Shown piece by piece: positions 8,648-18,885 of a stretch of 64,000 bases of DNA (position 1 is the first letter of the stretch; each line of letters opens with the position of its first letter). The position numbers and the translations under genes are program-made. The DNA comes from Cyanophyceae cyanobacterium (GTDB taxonomy: Bacteria; Cyanobacteriota; Cyanobacteriia; Cyanobacteriales; Laspinemataceae): contig JBBQFN010000008.1 in the NCBI GenBank assembly GCA_038321985.1, positions 125,629-189,628 of the forward strand, written 5' to 3'. Below the pieces are notes generated by a model. That model was not told the origin of the DNA, made no database searches, and worked only from the letters and a program-made list of their open reading frames with translations.

Positions 8648-10804
8648 TTACGGTTTGAATTTCTGGGCTATTTCAGGACTGTATAGCCGTAGATAATTCC
8701 AGTAGTTCTCAAAAACGTGCTTGACGTACCCTTTGGTTTCTGGGAAAGGGATCTTTTCGGCAAATTCATCGGGATCGTTGAATCCAAATTCATCGATCCA
8801 AGAGCTGACATTAGTGGGTCCAGCATTATAACTCGCCACAGCTAACATCGAGTTATCTTTATACTGACCATGAGTAAAATCTAGATACCAAGTACCGATT
8901 TTAATATTATCCTTGGGTACTTCTAGATTGTAATTTTTGAGACCGATACTTTGAGCGGCCCAAGAAGCAGTCTCTGGCATGACCTGCATCAACCCGACCG
9001 CACCGACTGAAGACCGGATTTTTGGCATAAATCGGGACTCTTGGCGCATTAATGCGGTGACCAACAAGGGATTCATTTTTTCTTCTTTAGCCGAACTCTG
9101 AATCAGATCGCTATATGGAAAGGGAAAAAGCGCCTCCCAATAATGAGGTTGTTGCTTAAGTTGTTTGTACTCCTCTTGCTCTTCAGGTTTGTCTCGCCCG
9201 CTCAAATTCGACAACATAAAAAGTCCATCCAGGTTATCTCCGACTGCGAGGCGAATTAACCCATCCGTAAATTGCTCGGGGACCGAAGGTTCCCTGCGAT
9301 TTGTAAATTCCACTTGCCAGAGGGTCCAGGCATCTTGATTTTGACCTAGACGGTAAAGTTCTTTCAGGACGTTGGACCCGGCAGGGACTTCGATGCGCTC
9401 AGTTTGACTAACACTCACTGGAGAGAGAGAACGTACGGTGGTAAAGTCTCCCACATCCCACCCTAACAAAACTGCCGATCGCCACGCATAATAGGATTCG
9501 GAATATTTAAACAGAACGTTTTCGTAGCTTTCCCGAGCTTCCTGGCTCAACCCCAGACGTTGCGCCCATTTTCCAGCCCAAAAACCGGCTTCCGGAGCTA
9601 GTTCGCTATCGGGGTTTTCCTGAACCAGTTGTGACGCCCACTGACGAGCCTCCTCGAAATTGTTAAGGGCGACGCTTTGCTGAGCTAAACTCCATCGCAA
9701 TTCGGCGGCTCCTTCGGAATTGCTATACTCACTGAGCACCTTCTCTCGGGCTTCTTTAGCAGCACTGCGACTGCCCAGGTCATCCAATGCTTTTGATCGC
9801 GCCCAGAGTGCTGCCCCTGCTTTGTCAGGGAAACGGGTCGCCAGTTCGTCAATATAAGTAATGGCTTCCTTAGGTTCTAGGATGCTGATCAGTCGTTCTA
9901 ACCCCATCCCTGCTTCTTCACTGTCAGGAAAGTCTACAAAGAGACGTTTGTAAGCTAAGATGGCCCCGTTGTTGTCCCCAGAAAGCTGACGTCCTCTACC
10001 CAGACGGTAAGCACTTTCTGGGTTCCAGGTGGCGAGAGCGTAGGCTTCTCCGCCTTTACCGTACTCTTGTTTTTCCCAATACCCAAAGGCGACTGCTTCC
10101 CAATCTTGCGGAGTCAGGCGATCGGGATATTGAGTGGTCAGTTTTTGGAGATAAGATTTGTAGTTGTCTAAGTAAAAACCGTGGTTGGCGATCGGCAATA
10201 ATAAATCCAGACGAGTCGGATTTTCTTTTAACCGGGCTTGAGCGATTTCCATACTCTTGGGGTGAGCCGGGAATTTCTGCACCGCTTGGTCCCAATATTG
10301 CGGGTCCCTTTTACCCCACGCATAAAGTGCCTCTACAATCACCGGGGAATCGGGATGCTTTTCCAGCAATTGTGCCCAAGTCTCCCGAGCTTTCTCGCCA
10401 TTTGAGGTCAGTTCATAGGCACTAGCGCGTTTGAACAAAATATAAGGGGCCAGCAGCCCGTAATCCTTTTCGAGGTCATGGAGCCATTCAAGGGCTTCTT
10501 CCCCTTGCCCTTGTTCCAGTAAATCGTTCGCCAACAGATAACGAGCTTGCTGGCGATCTTCCCCCTTCCCATTGGCGGCTAAATCTTTTAACTGACTCGC
10601 TCGTTGCTCGGGCGGAATCATTACTAAAGGTTTCACCGCCGACTGGTGCTCTAGCTTTCCCCCAAGGGTTAGCACTTTTGGAGTTTTCTGACTCCATTCA
10701 ACCCATTTATTCAGGGGTACAGCAGCACCGACTAACAAAATCCATAACCCGATGCCAACGGCTATAGACACTTTGTTGGATCTTTGTTTTTTTCTAAACA
10801 TCAA
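8648..10804 (-). CDS. slt: Soluble lytic murein transglycosylase with TPR-like repeats
   Basis: N-terminal hydrophobic anchor and TPR-like helices. SLT motifs MRQESRF (catalytic Glu), GLMQ, ASYNAG and IPFPETKGYV. The start may be ATG 10801. Confidence 0.9.
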   Translation of the reverse strand: MMFRKKQRSNKVSIAVGIGLWILLVGAAVPLNKWVEWSQKTPKVLTLGGKLEHQSAVKPLVMIPPEQRASQLKDLAANGKGEDRQQARYLLANDLLEQGQGEEALEWLHDLEKDYGLLAPYILFKRASAYELTSNGEKARETWAQLLEKHPDSPVIVEALYAWGKRDPQYWDQAVQKFPAHPKSMEIAQARLKENPTRLDLLLPIANHGFYLDNYKSYLQKLTTQYPDRLTPQDWEAVAFGYWEKQEYGKGGEAYALATWNPESAYRLGRGRQLSGDNNGAILAYKRLFVDFPDSEEAGMGLERLISILEPKEAITYIDELATRFPDKAGAALWARSKALDDLGSRSAAKEAREKVLSEYSNSEGAAELRWSLAQQSVALNNFEEARQWASQLVQENPDSELAPEAGFWAGKWAQRLGLSQEARESYENVLFKYSESYYAWRSAVLLGWDVGDFTTVRSLSPVSVSQTERIEVPAGSNVLKELYRLGQNQDAWTLWQVEFTNRREPSVPEQFTDGLIRLAVGDNLDGLFMLSNLSGRDKPEEQEEYKQLKQQPHYWEALFPFPYSDLIQSSAKEEKMNPLLVTALMRQESRFMPKIRSSVGAVGLMQVMPETASWAAQSIGLKNYNLEVPKDNIKIGTWYLDFTHGQYKDNSMLAVASYNAGPTNVSSWIDEFGFNDPDEFAEKIPFPETKGYVKHVFENYWNYLRLYSPEIAQKFKP

Positions 10805-10931
10805 GTTTCCCCGTCCCTGAGCTGCAACAGCCTTATTTTAATTTTTTCGGTGAGCATTTGGCGGTTCGAGTCAAATAAATTGACCCAACAATGAGTCTAT
10901 CTGGGGTTGCCCCCAAGGGGTTTGTGCGGAC

Positions 10932-11006
10932 TTATTCAACTCGTGAGTTGAATAATTCCGGGCTGTTAGCGGAAGTAGTAGAGGCACTCGCCTCTACTAC
11001 TTCCGC
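10932..11006 (-). terminator. Two tandem hairpins at the 3' end of the methyltransferase gene
   Basis: TTATTCAACTC-gt-GAGTTGAATAA (10932-10955) and a perfect 17-bp stem GCGGAAGTAGTAGAGGC-actc-GCCTCTACTACTTCCGC (10969-11006) overlapping the stop codon. Confidence 0.6.
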
Positions 11007-12118
11007 CGACACAGAACCCAGCGTAACTCAACTGGAGGAGTAGCCGCAAACGGAAAAATATTCCGCCCGGTTGCCCAACTGATAAACCATCCGGTTGGGG
11101 GCCATGCTTCCGAGGGCAGATGATTTTTCTCATATTCATAGACGGACTCTTCCGCCATAACTTCCAGAGGCAGTCCTGCCATCGCCACCTTGAGTTCGTC
11201 GCGGGTGAGCAGGTAAGACCAGACTACTTCCCCCATTTGTCGTACGGTTTCATCGGGTTCATACCCCTCAATGGGCAGAAATAGGTTAAACAGTAGCAAT
11301 CCACCGCTTTGTAACCCTGCACAGAGTTTGGCGAGGAGGATGCGAACTTGATTAATATTGCGAAAGTGGGAAATGACTTCGGAAACAACCGCTAACTTAT
11401 AGTAACTGAGGGGTAAGTTGAGGTTCGGGTCCAGAATATTCCCTTGAAAGATTCGCACAGGTAAGCCTTCATTCTCGGCGGTGGCTAAAAGTTGCTTGGC
11501 GAATACGGAGGTGAGTTCTACGGCATCGACGGGATGGCCCTGTCTGGCTAGGGGAAAGCTATTACGCCCTGTCCCTGCACCCACATCGAGAATAGGCGAG
11601 AGTTCCTTGTTACTGAACGTTGCGGCCACATCGATAATTTTCGCGTCGGGATGGGGGCCAAATAAAGGACCGCTGCGATGTTTCACCCACCCATCATATT
11701 TTTCTTCTAGGGATGAGGTGTGGATATTTGCGGTGATTTTTAACCCACTGGTCAAGCCTTCGGTAGGACTCGGGGGGCTAAATTTGATACTCAGACGAGC
11801 GTGGGGAGAAGCGCGAAAACCCTCCGCTAGATGGTTGGCTAAAGAGGTCTTCAAGGACTGAAGTTGTTGATCGCTCAGGTTTTGCCCCAGCCCTTTCATC
11901 ACCCCGACCACCAAATTCATGTGTTCGTTGAGCATAGCGGGGACACAGGGCATCACCACTTCTCCCATTGCCCCAGTTAGGGTTTTTAACTTGTGTCGCA
12001 GGGCCTGCGCTAACAGGTCCGGATCCCGCACAGGTTCAGTGGGGGATAGGGACATTGAGGGCGGATTCGTTTGTGTCGATAACGGTTCTGCACTCTGTTT
12101 AGAGGCTTCGGAAACCAC
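10997..12118 (-). CDS. Class I SAM-dependent methyltransferase with an extra N-terminal domain
   Basis: Motif I ILDVGAGTGRN and motif II VDAVE. About 150 aa of uncharacterised N-terminal sequence. True start uncertain. Confidence 0.85.
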   Translation of the reverse strand: MVSEASKQSAEPLSTQTNPPSMSLSPTEPVRDPDLLAQALRHKLKTLTGAMGEVVMPCVPAMLNEHMNLVVGVMKGLGQNLSDQQLQSLKTSLANHLAEGFRASPHARLSIKFSPPSPTEGLTSGLKITANIHTSSLEEKYDGWVKHRSGPLFGPHPDAKIIDVAATFSNKELSPILDVGAGTGRNSFPLARQGHPVDAVELTSVFAKQLLATAENEGLPVRIFQGNILDPNLNLPLSYYKLAVVSEVISHFRNINQVRILLAKLCAGLQSGGLLLFNLFLPIEGYEPDETVRQMGEVVWSYLLTRDELKVAMAGLPLEVMAEESVYEYEKNHLPSEAWPPTGWFISWATGRNIFPFAATPPVELRWVLCRRK

Positions 12119-12535
12119 AGCTCATGCTCCTAGTTTACGGTCCAAAAATCAAACTTCAATGACAGCGTACTATCGGTAATATATAGCTCGTCTTGCAGCA
12201 ATTGGATCATTTCTGTAAGGAGCTTCTTCTTCCGGGGTTGAATGCTTCCGGATAGCTTAAATGATTTATAGGGTCCTAATTATAGATGCAAATTTAATAT
12301 GGATATCATACCACAGCCCCGGGATCGGATTGGCTGGCGATCGCCGCCCCGGTTTGAGGGTGCTTTTAATTTGAGGGTAAGAACGCTTGCATGGGTTAAA
12401 AGGGATGGCGAATTCCCTTTCCCTCGGGCTGTTTTTTCTGCCCTGCGGCACCTTGGCTGATCCGGGTGTGGAAAGGTCTGTCAATCTCGATCCATACTGG
12501 TAGTGTTGCTTCGTATTAGATAATCAGGACTAGGA

Positions 12536-14014
12536 ATGGAATTTCAAGGAACAGAGACGCCACGTTTGGAATGGTCTGGAGACGCTTTAGCGATTGGGGT
12601 ATTTGAAGAGGCGACGGAGATAACTGGGGAGTTAGGCCAACTTAATGACAAGCTAGGCGGCACGATCGCAGAACTGATCACCGAGACGGAGTTTAAGGGC
12701 AAGGACAATAGTAGTGCGGTGACTCGCGTCGGAGGTGGAAATGCCATCCGCAAAATTATTTTGGTGGGTTTAGGCAAGTCGGACGCCCTGAGTGTCGATA
12801 GCGTCAGACGCGCCGCAGGGACTGCGGCACGAGTGGCGAATAAAGAAAAGTGTAAAACCCTCGGGATAGATCTCCCGTTGTGGAATAATGACCCGGATAC
12901 CACTGCCCAGGCGGTGGCTGAAGGTATGGAATTAGCGATGTTTAAGGATGTACGCTTTAAGTCAGATCCAGAAGAAACTGGAACTGTCTTAGAACGAGTG
13001 GAGTTGCTCGGTTTAGGCGATCGCCAAGGTGCCATTACCCGAGGTTTACAAATTTCGAGTGGGGTGAATTTAGCGCGGGAGTTGGTAGCGGCCCCCTCAA
13101 ATATTGTCACCCCCATGTCAATGGCTGAAACAGCCCAGGAATTGGCTGCTGAATATGGTTTCGACCTGGAAATCCTGGAACAGGAGGACTGTGAAAAGCT
13201 GGGAATGGGTGCATTCCTCGGGGTGGCGCAAGCGTCGGAAATGCCCCCGAAATTTATCCATTTGACCTACAAACCCCAAGGGACTCCTCGGCGCAAATTG
13301 GCGATCGTCGGTAAGGGTTTGACCTTTGACTCGGGGGGGCTGAATATTAAGCCCACCGGAAGTGGCATCGAAACGATGAAGGTAGATATGGGGGGTTCGG
13401 CAGCGACGTTTGGTGCAGCTAAGGCGATCGGTCAATTAAAACCCGATGTCGAGGTTCACTTTATCGCGGCAGTAACTGAAAATATGATTAGTGGTCGGGC
13501 GATGCACCCGGGAGATATTCTCACTGCCTCTAATGGTAAAACTATTGAGGTGAATAATACGGATGCAGAAGGCCGGTTAACCCTGGCAGATGCCTTGGTG
13601 TTTACAGAAAAACTAGGGGTAGATGCGATCGTGGATTTAGCCACCCTCACGGGAGCTTGTGTGATTGCCCTAGGCAATGATATTGCCGGATTGTGGAGTA
13701 CGGATGATGGGTTAGCCACTCAGTTGTTAGAAGCCTCCAAAACTGCCGGAGAAAAGTTCTGGCAACTGCCCATGGAAGAGTCTTATTTCGAGGGTTTGAA
13801 GTCTCTGCACGCGGATATGAAAAACACAGGGCCGCGTCCCGGTGGCTCCATTACCGCTGCACTCTTCCTCAAACAATTTGTGGAAAAAACGCCCTGGGCG
13901 CATTTAGATATTGCAGGGCCGGTTTGGATGGATAAAGATAAGGGGTATAACAGTGCCGGGGCCACAGGTTTCGGGGTCCGTACTCTGGTGAATTGGGTAT
14001 TGTCTCCGGTTTAA
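12536..14014 (+). CDS. pepA: Leucyl aminopeptidase (M17)
   Basis: [26 protein letters not shown] and WAHLDIAG motifs. Confidence 0.97.
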   Translation: MEFQGTETPRLEWSGDALAIGVFEEATEITGELGQLNDKLGGTIAELITETEFKGKDNSSAVTRVGGGNAIRKIILVGLGKSDALSVDSVRRAAGTAARVANKEKCKTLGIDLPLWNNDPDTTAQAVAEGMELAMFKDVRFKSDPEETGTVLERVELLGLGDRQGAITRGLQISSGVNLARELVAAPSNIVTPMSMAETAQELAAEYGFDLEILEQEDCEKLGMGAFLGVAQASEMPPKFIHLTYKPQGTPRRKLAIVGKGLTFDSGGLNIKPTGSGIETMKVDMGGSAATFGAAKAIGQLKPDVEVHFIAAVTENMISGRAMHPGDILTASNGKTIEVNNTDAEGRLTLADALVFTEKLGVDAIVDLATLTGACVIALGNDIAGLWSTDDGLATQLLEASKTAGEKFWQLPMEESYFEGLKSLHADMKNTGPRPGGSITAALFLKQFVEKTPWAHLDIAGPVWMDKDKGYNSAGATGFGVRTLVNWVLSPV

Positions 14015-14070
14015 TCTGTTTCCATCTAACGGGGTTAAAAATTTTGGACTGTTAGTGCCTCAAACTCTTC

Positions 14071-14096
14071 TAGAGACGCGAAATTTCGCGTCTCTA
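14071..14096. repeat. Perfect 26-bp palindrome TAGAGACGCGAAATTTCGCGTCTCTA (REP-like)
   Basis: Exactly self-complementary, about 55 bp downstream of pepA. Resembles the GTAGAGACG...CGTCTCTAC REP class. Confidence 0.75.
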
Positions 14097-14946
14097 TCTC
14101 ATCAGTCCGGCCTGAGAATCCCTTGATCATTAGAAGAGTGTCACAAGATTGTTAGAGGTTGGATGGGCGATCGCCCCGGTTATAACTGTTATAAATTTTT
14201 CTGACTATCCGAACCCCCTTCACTCCATATCCGGTTGTTAAAAAGTCGCTTTTCTCACCCCAAAAGTTGAAGCAGGTTCTAGCCCTAACGCCTCTGGGCT
14301 ACGAAGGGTGTTTCTGTAGCCGCCCCGGATTAAGTGTGGGTTTTTTCTCTTTGAGACAGCGGTATTTAAAAAAATTCACTCATTGCTCCTTCCGCCCTTA
14401 AGGAATATCTCTCAAGTTAGAGACTTGGCTCGGTTCAGGAAATTTTTCTATAACTTTAGATAGACCTTCCTCTAATCAATATAGCTCAAGGAGTTGCCCA
14501 GTTGGGAATATCAGGAAGGTTTGCAGCTATTTAGTGATTATTGAAGATGGGTATAATTGATAAAAAATCTTCTCTCTAAAGGTAGTTATTATTGAAAATA
14601 AAATTATTTTTTTAATAAAGATAATATAAAGTTTTAAAGAATTTTCTCCGATAAAAGTTATTTCTTTAAAAAATGATTTAAAGTGGCCTTGGTTAGTGCC
14701 TTTTTTGACAAGAACGGAAATAAGCATATTTTTTTGAATCCAAGATTGTTGACGGCAGCTTCAATAAAATTGTTGCTGAATCAAGCGCATGATTTGTTGG
14801 ATTTGAGAAAGTGATATCCCTGTGGTTTAGAAAAAAAGGGATAGCCATCTATCTCTATACCCCCTCTACTCACTTGCTATATCTCTAAAAATTGATTGGC
14901 ACACAATCTATTCAACTACTGATAACATTTGAAACCCAGAGGTCCT

Positions 14947-16704
14947 ATGAATTCTAGTAAAACATTCTGGCTTTTTAGCCTGGTGGGGTTGACGCTCAGT
15001 TCGTTTTCCCAAGCCACAGCTAGTCCAGTCCATGCGGCTTTGACAACATCTAATCTACCGGAGCAGGAAAATCCTTTAACAACCCGCTTTGATCGCCTCA
15101 CTCGGGGAATTAATTTAAGCCACTGGTTTGCTCAAAGTGAGACTTACAATCCGATTCACATGGAAACATTTATTACGGATGATGATTTGGATGTGTTGGA
15201 CAACTTAGGATTTGAACACGTTCGGCTTCCCGTCGATCCATCGCTCCTGATTGATTTGAACAATTCCCAATCTCTAAATACAGAATATTTGGGGTACTTA
15301 GATTTAGCGCTTGATCGCATTCTGGAGAGAGATTTAGCCGTCATCGTAGATCTACAAGCCAACGATGATTTCAAACATTCTTTGGCTACGGATGATGATT
15401 TTGTGGATACATTTACACAATTCGCCGGCGCATTAGCACAGCATATAAGTGTTCGTAATCCCGAACTCGTATTTTTAGAAGTGCTCAACGAACCCTCTTT
15501 TAACTTCTTTGCAGGGGAAGCTACCGATCCCGTACAACGATGGGATTGGGTTCAAAAGGAGATTTTAGGTGCATTCCGTTCCGGCGCTCCCGAGCATACG
15601 GCGATCGCAACCGGCCATGATTGGAGCAGTATCGACGGATTACGACAGATCACTCCGGTTGCCGATCCGAATGTCGTCTATAATTTCCATTTTTACGAAC
15701 CGATGACATTTACTCATCAAGGTGCAGACTGGATAGACGAGCACTTTAAGCTGATCTGGAATCTGCCCTATCCTTATAATCCAGTCGAATGTGATGCCGT
15801 GATTTTCCAGATGACTGACGAAACCTTGCGGAACGTGGCACAGTCCTATTGCGATGAGCAGTGGAATGCAGATCGGATCAAAGCCCGGATTGGGCTGGCT
15901 GCGGCATGGGCGGCAGAACATAACGTCCATCTGACAGCTAATGAGTTCGGCGTTTATCGAAATTTGGTGCAGGAGGAAGATCGCGCCGCGTGGATTTCTG
16001 ACGTGCGATCGACTCTGGAGGAATATGATATTGGATGGGCCATGTGGGACTATACAGGCGGCTTTGGCTTATTTGACAAGGTGAATGAAGAACGCATTCT
16101 CAATCAGAGTATGGTAGAAGCTCTAGGACTCACGATGTTAGAGGCGGATTTAGTCACAAAAGAGCAGGTTGAGGGAGAAGAAGAGGCAATTCTCGATCCG
16201 ATTGTGATTCCTCCAGTAGAGACTGAGGAACCTGAACTCGTAGCAATTTTAAATCCGATTGTGATTCCTTCAGTAGAGACGGAGGAACCTGAACTCGTAG
16301 CAATTTTAAATCCGATTGTGATTCCTTCAGTAGAGACGGAGGAACCTGAACCCGTAGCAATTTTAAATCCGGTGGTTACTCCTCCAGTAGAGACGGAGGA
16401 ACCTGAACCCGTGGCAATTTTAAATCCGGTTGTGATTCCTCCAGTAGAGACGGAGGAACCTGAACCCGTAGCAATTTTAAATCCGATTGTGATTCCTGCG
16501 GTAGAGACTGAGGAACCTGAACCCGTGGTAATTTTAAATCCGATTGTGATTCCTGCGGTAGAGACTGAGGAAGTGGAAACTCCTCGCCAGATTCCGGAAT
16601 CTTCTGCGATCGCCGGATTAATCCTGTTTGGTGTTGCGGGTCTGGGGGCGAAATCCCGCTACCGCCGAGAATTACAGGGAATGACACCGACCGATCGCTT
16701 TTAA
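14947..16704 (+). CDS. Secreted glycoside hydrolase family 5 with Pro/Glu repeat stalk and PEP-CTERM-type sorting signal
   Basis: Signal peptide. RGINL, HVRLPV, EVLNEP (acid/base), FHFYEP and ANEFG (nucleophile). C-terminal IPES + hydrophobic helix + basic tail. ATG 14947 preferred over TTG 14929. Confidence 0.88.
   Translation: MNSSKTFWLFSLVGLTLSSFSQATASPVHAALTTSNLPEQENPLTTRFDRLTRGINLSHWFAQSETYNPIHMETFITDDDLDVLDNLGFEHVRLPVDPSLLIDLNNSQSLNTEYLGYLDLALDRILERDLAVIVDLQANDDFKHSLATDDDFVDTFTQFAGALAQHISVRNPELVFLEVLNEPSFNFFAGEATDPVQRWDWVQKEILGAFRSGAPEHTAIATGHDWSSIDGLRQITPVADPNVVYNFHFYEPMTFTHQGADWIDEHFKLIWNLPYPYNPVECDAVIFQMTDETLRNVAQSYCDEQWNADRIKARIGLAAAWAAEHNVHLTANEFGVYRNLVQEEDRAAWISDVRSTLEEYDIGWAMWDYTGGFGLFDKVNEERILNQSMVEALGLTMLEADLVTKEQVEGEEEAILDPIVIPPVETEEPELVAILNPIVIPSVETEEPELVAILNPIVIPSVETEEPEPVAILNPVVTPPVETEEPEPVAILNPVVIPPVETEEPEPVAILNPIVIPAVETEEPEPVVILNPIVIPAVETEEVETPRQIPESSAIAGLILFGVAGLGAKSRYRRELQGMTPTDRF
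16186..16572 (+). repeat. 57-bp coding tandem repeat (about 6.8 copies of AILNPIVIPxVETEEPExV)
   Basis: Near-identical units of the type gcaattttaaatccgattgtgattcct.cagtagagacggaggaacctgaa read directly from the sequence. Confidence 0.95.
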
Positions 16705-16730
16705 TATAAAAGAGGTCAAAAAAATAGGAA

Positions 16731-16817
16731 AGGGTGGGCTTTTGCCCACCCTCAAAGGAGTTAGAAGAAGTTAAAGGAGCGAATGAAGACCGGGGTGGAA
16801 TGAATTTCTCCACCCTT
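16731..16817. terminator. Hairpins between the convergent GH5 and SLH genes
   Basis: AGGGTGGGC-tttt-GCCCACCCT (16731-16752, REP-like), plus an imperfect GGGTGGA...TCCACCC stem near 16793-16815. Confidence 0.55.
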
Positions 16818-16830
16818 GGAACTAAACCTC

Positions 16831-18885
16831 TTAAACAGAGAGGATATATTTCGACTCGATCGCCGCCATTTTATCAGCGTTAACTAAGGCTTGATAGATC
16901 ATCACGGCGACTTCGGCACGGGTAGCATCGCGAGTGGGTTCGAGTTTTTCGACGCTGGGATAAGTGACAATCAATTCTTTCAAGAGGGCAGTTGCCACTT
17001 CCTCTTTAGCGTAGTCGGGAATACTGGCGCGATCGGTGAATTTAGTTAAGCTCTCTTGATTACCCCCAGATAAACCCAGTCCATTGACGAGAGACACAAT
17101 CACTTGTGCTCGTTGGACATTTTCGTTAGGCTTAAAGGTGTTATCGGGGAAACCGGAGATAAATTGGCTCTTGTAGGCAGTTTGAACCGCGACGTAGCCC
17201 CAGAAATCTTCGGCAACATCTTTAAAAGTGGCCGCCTCACGTTTAGCTGTGGGATTTAAGGCTTTCGTGAGCAAAGCTGCATACTGGGCGCGGGTCATTT
17301 TGTCATCAGGCTTAAAGGTGCCGTCGGGATAGCCGCCGACTGCTCCTTGATTATATAAGCCGAGAATGAACTGTTCAGCCCAGTGACCCGAAATATCGCT
17401 CAAGGGCTTGGGTTTGACATCGGAGGCGACGACGATGTGAGATGAAGTGATGGCGGTGGCCAGTCCTTTGACGACTAAGCCTTGGTAAATAATAGCCGCG
17501 ACTTCAGCCCGAGTGATTTCCCGCATCGGATTAAGTTCTTTGACGTTAGGATAGTTAACCACCATCCGTTTTTCCGTTGCGATCGCCACGGCATCAGTGG
17601 CGTAGCTGGGGATTTGAGCGCGATCGGTGTAATATCCGAGGGTTGTGGCGTCGCCGTCACGCAGTTTCAAACCGCTCGCTAAAGAGACCACCGCCTGTAC
17701 CCGGGTCAAGTTGTCATTGGGGCGGAAGGTAACGTCGGGGAATCCGGCAATAAAGCCCATGCGGTTAGCTTTGACGATCGCATCTTTGCCCCAGAAATCA
17801 CTCGGGACATCAGAGAAGGTGGTCGTTGTGCTACTGAGGGTTTCATTAAAGGCTTTCGCCACGATCGCTGCATATTGAGCGCGAGTCAGCTTTTCTTCAG
17901 GCTTAAATGTGCCATCGGGGAACCCGGCAATCAACCCTTTTTGTACCATTGCCGTGATAAAGGGTGCAGCCCAGTGTCCGGCAACATCCTTTAAGCTGGT
18001 CGGATCAGGAACCGGAACACTGCTGGTAACAAACTGGATATCACCTTTGACCGTAGTCGCGCTGAGGTCATTGCCAATACTGAGAATTGTATTGGAACTG
18101 GCATTTTGAACGTTGTAGACCGCGTTTTCTTTAATCGTGTTACCGGCAGGGTCTGCGCTAGTCCCTAGGTCCACTTTGGCATTATTCGTAACGGTGATGC
18201 CATCTTGCTCGTTCTTTTCAATGATGTTGTTGCGAAGAACGGGGCTAGCGTCACCATTGATCACCAAACCTGTGCGATTTTCTAGAATGTGGTTATCTTT
18301 GAGCAAAGGAGCCGACTTGTAGCCGATCGCCAACCCGTAGCCGGTCTTTTGAAAAACGTTTCCTAGCACATCGCCTTTGGCATTATCCACAAAGGACATC
18401 CCGTTACCGATATTCTCGGAAAAGATGTTATTTAAAATCGTCGGTTTACCAGTGCCGCTCACAAAGACGCCTTCACGACCGGACTTAGATAAGGTGCTAT
18501 TGGCGACGGTAGCAGCGACAGAATGGACCCAGACCCCGGTCCCTGAATTATTGGGGTTAGTCACGGTGACCCCGCGCAATTCAGCCCCTTCTTCCAAATA
18601 AACCGTCATATTTTGGTCCCCCAACATCCCCACACTCTTTTTACCACCACCTTGGATCGTGATGGTTTTGCCTTTGGTGGGTTCGTCACCGATGATTTTC
18701 ACTCCGGCTTTGACCACTAAAGGGAATGTTTCCCCTGATGTAGCGCTATAAGAACCATTTGCCAATTTGATCATCGTGCCGGAAGTCGATTTAGCTAATG
18801 CTGCGGCGAGGGTTTTAAAAGGCGCAGTTTGGCTACCGGCAGCAGAATCTAAACCGTTGGTAGGATCGACGTAAAATGTAGCCAT
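16831..18885 (-). CDS. DUF1565 / beta-helix protein with two SLH triplets
   Basis: FYVDPTNGLDSAAGSQTAPFKT and YSATSGETFPL, followed by Asn/Gly beta-helix repeats. Repeated GFPDGTFKPxxxxTRAQ SLH motifs in two blocks. Confidence 0.9.
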   Translation of the reverse strand: MATFYVDPTNGLDSAAGSQTAPFKTLAAALAKSTSGTMIKLANGSYSATSGETFPLVVKAGVKIIGDEPTKGKTITIQGGGKKSVGMLGDQNMTVYLEEGAELRGVTVTNPNNSGTGVWVHSVAATVANSTLSKSGREGVFVSGTGKPTILNNIFSENIGNGMSFVDNAKGDVLGNVFQKTGYGLAIGYKSAPLLKDNHILENRTGLVINGDASPVLRNNIIEKNEQDGITVTNNAKVDLGTSADPAGNTIKENAVYNVQNASSNTILSIGNDLSATTVKGDIQFVTSSVPVPDPTSLKDVAGHWAAPFITAMVQKGLIAGFPDGTFKPEEKLTRAQYAAIVAKAFNETLSSTTTTFSDVPSDFWGKDAIVKANRMGFIAGFPDVTFRPNDNLTRVQAVVSLASGLKLRDGDATTLGYYTDRAQIPSYATDAVAIATEKRMVVNYPNVKELNPMREITRAEVAAIIYQGLVVKGLATAITSSHIVVASDVKPKPLSDISGHWAEQFILGLYNQGAVGGYPDGTFKPDDKMTRAQYAALLTKALNPTAKREAATFKDVAEDFWGYVAVQTAYKSQFISGFPDNTFKPNENVQRAQVIVSLVNGLGLSGGNQESLTKFTDRASIPDYAKEEVATALLKELIVTYPSVEKLEPTRDATRAEVAVMIYQALVNADKMAAIESKYILSV

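Noticed and set aside
16186..16572. CRISPR-like periodicity
   Set aside because: The units are contiguous in-frame coding repeats with no unique spacers, and there are no cas genes.
16154..16813. Repetitive antisense ORFs (68 aa and 145 aa)
   Set aside because: They are by-products of the 57-bp GH5 repeat on the opposite strand.
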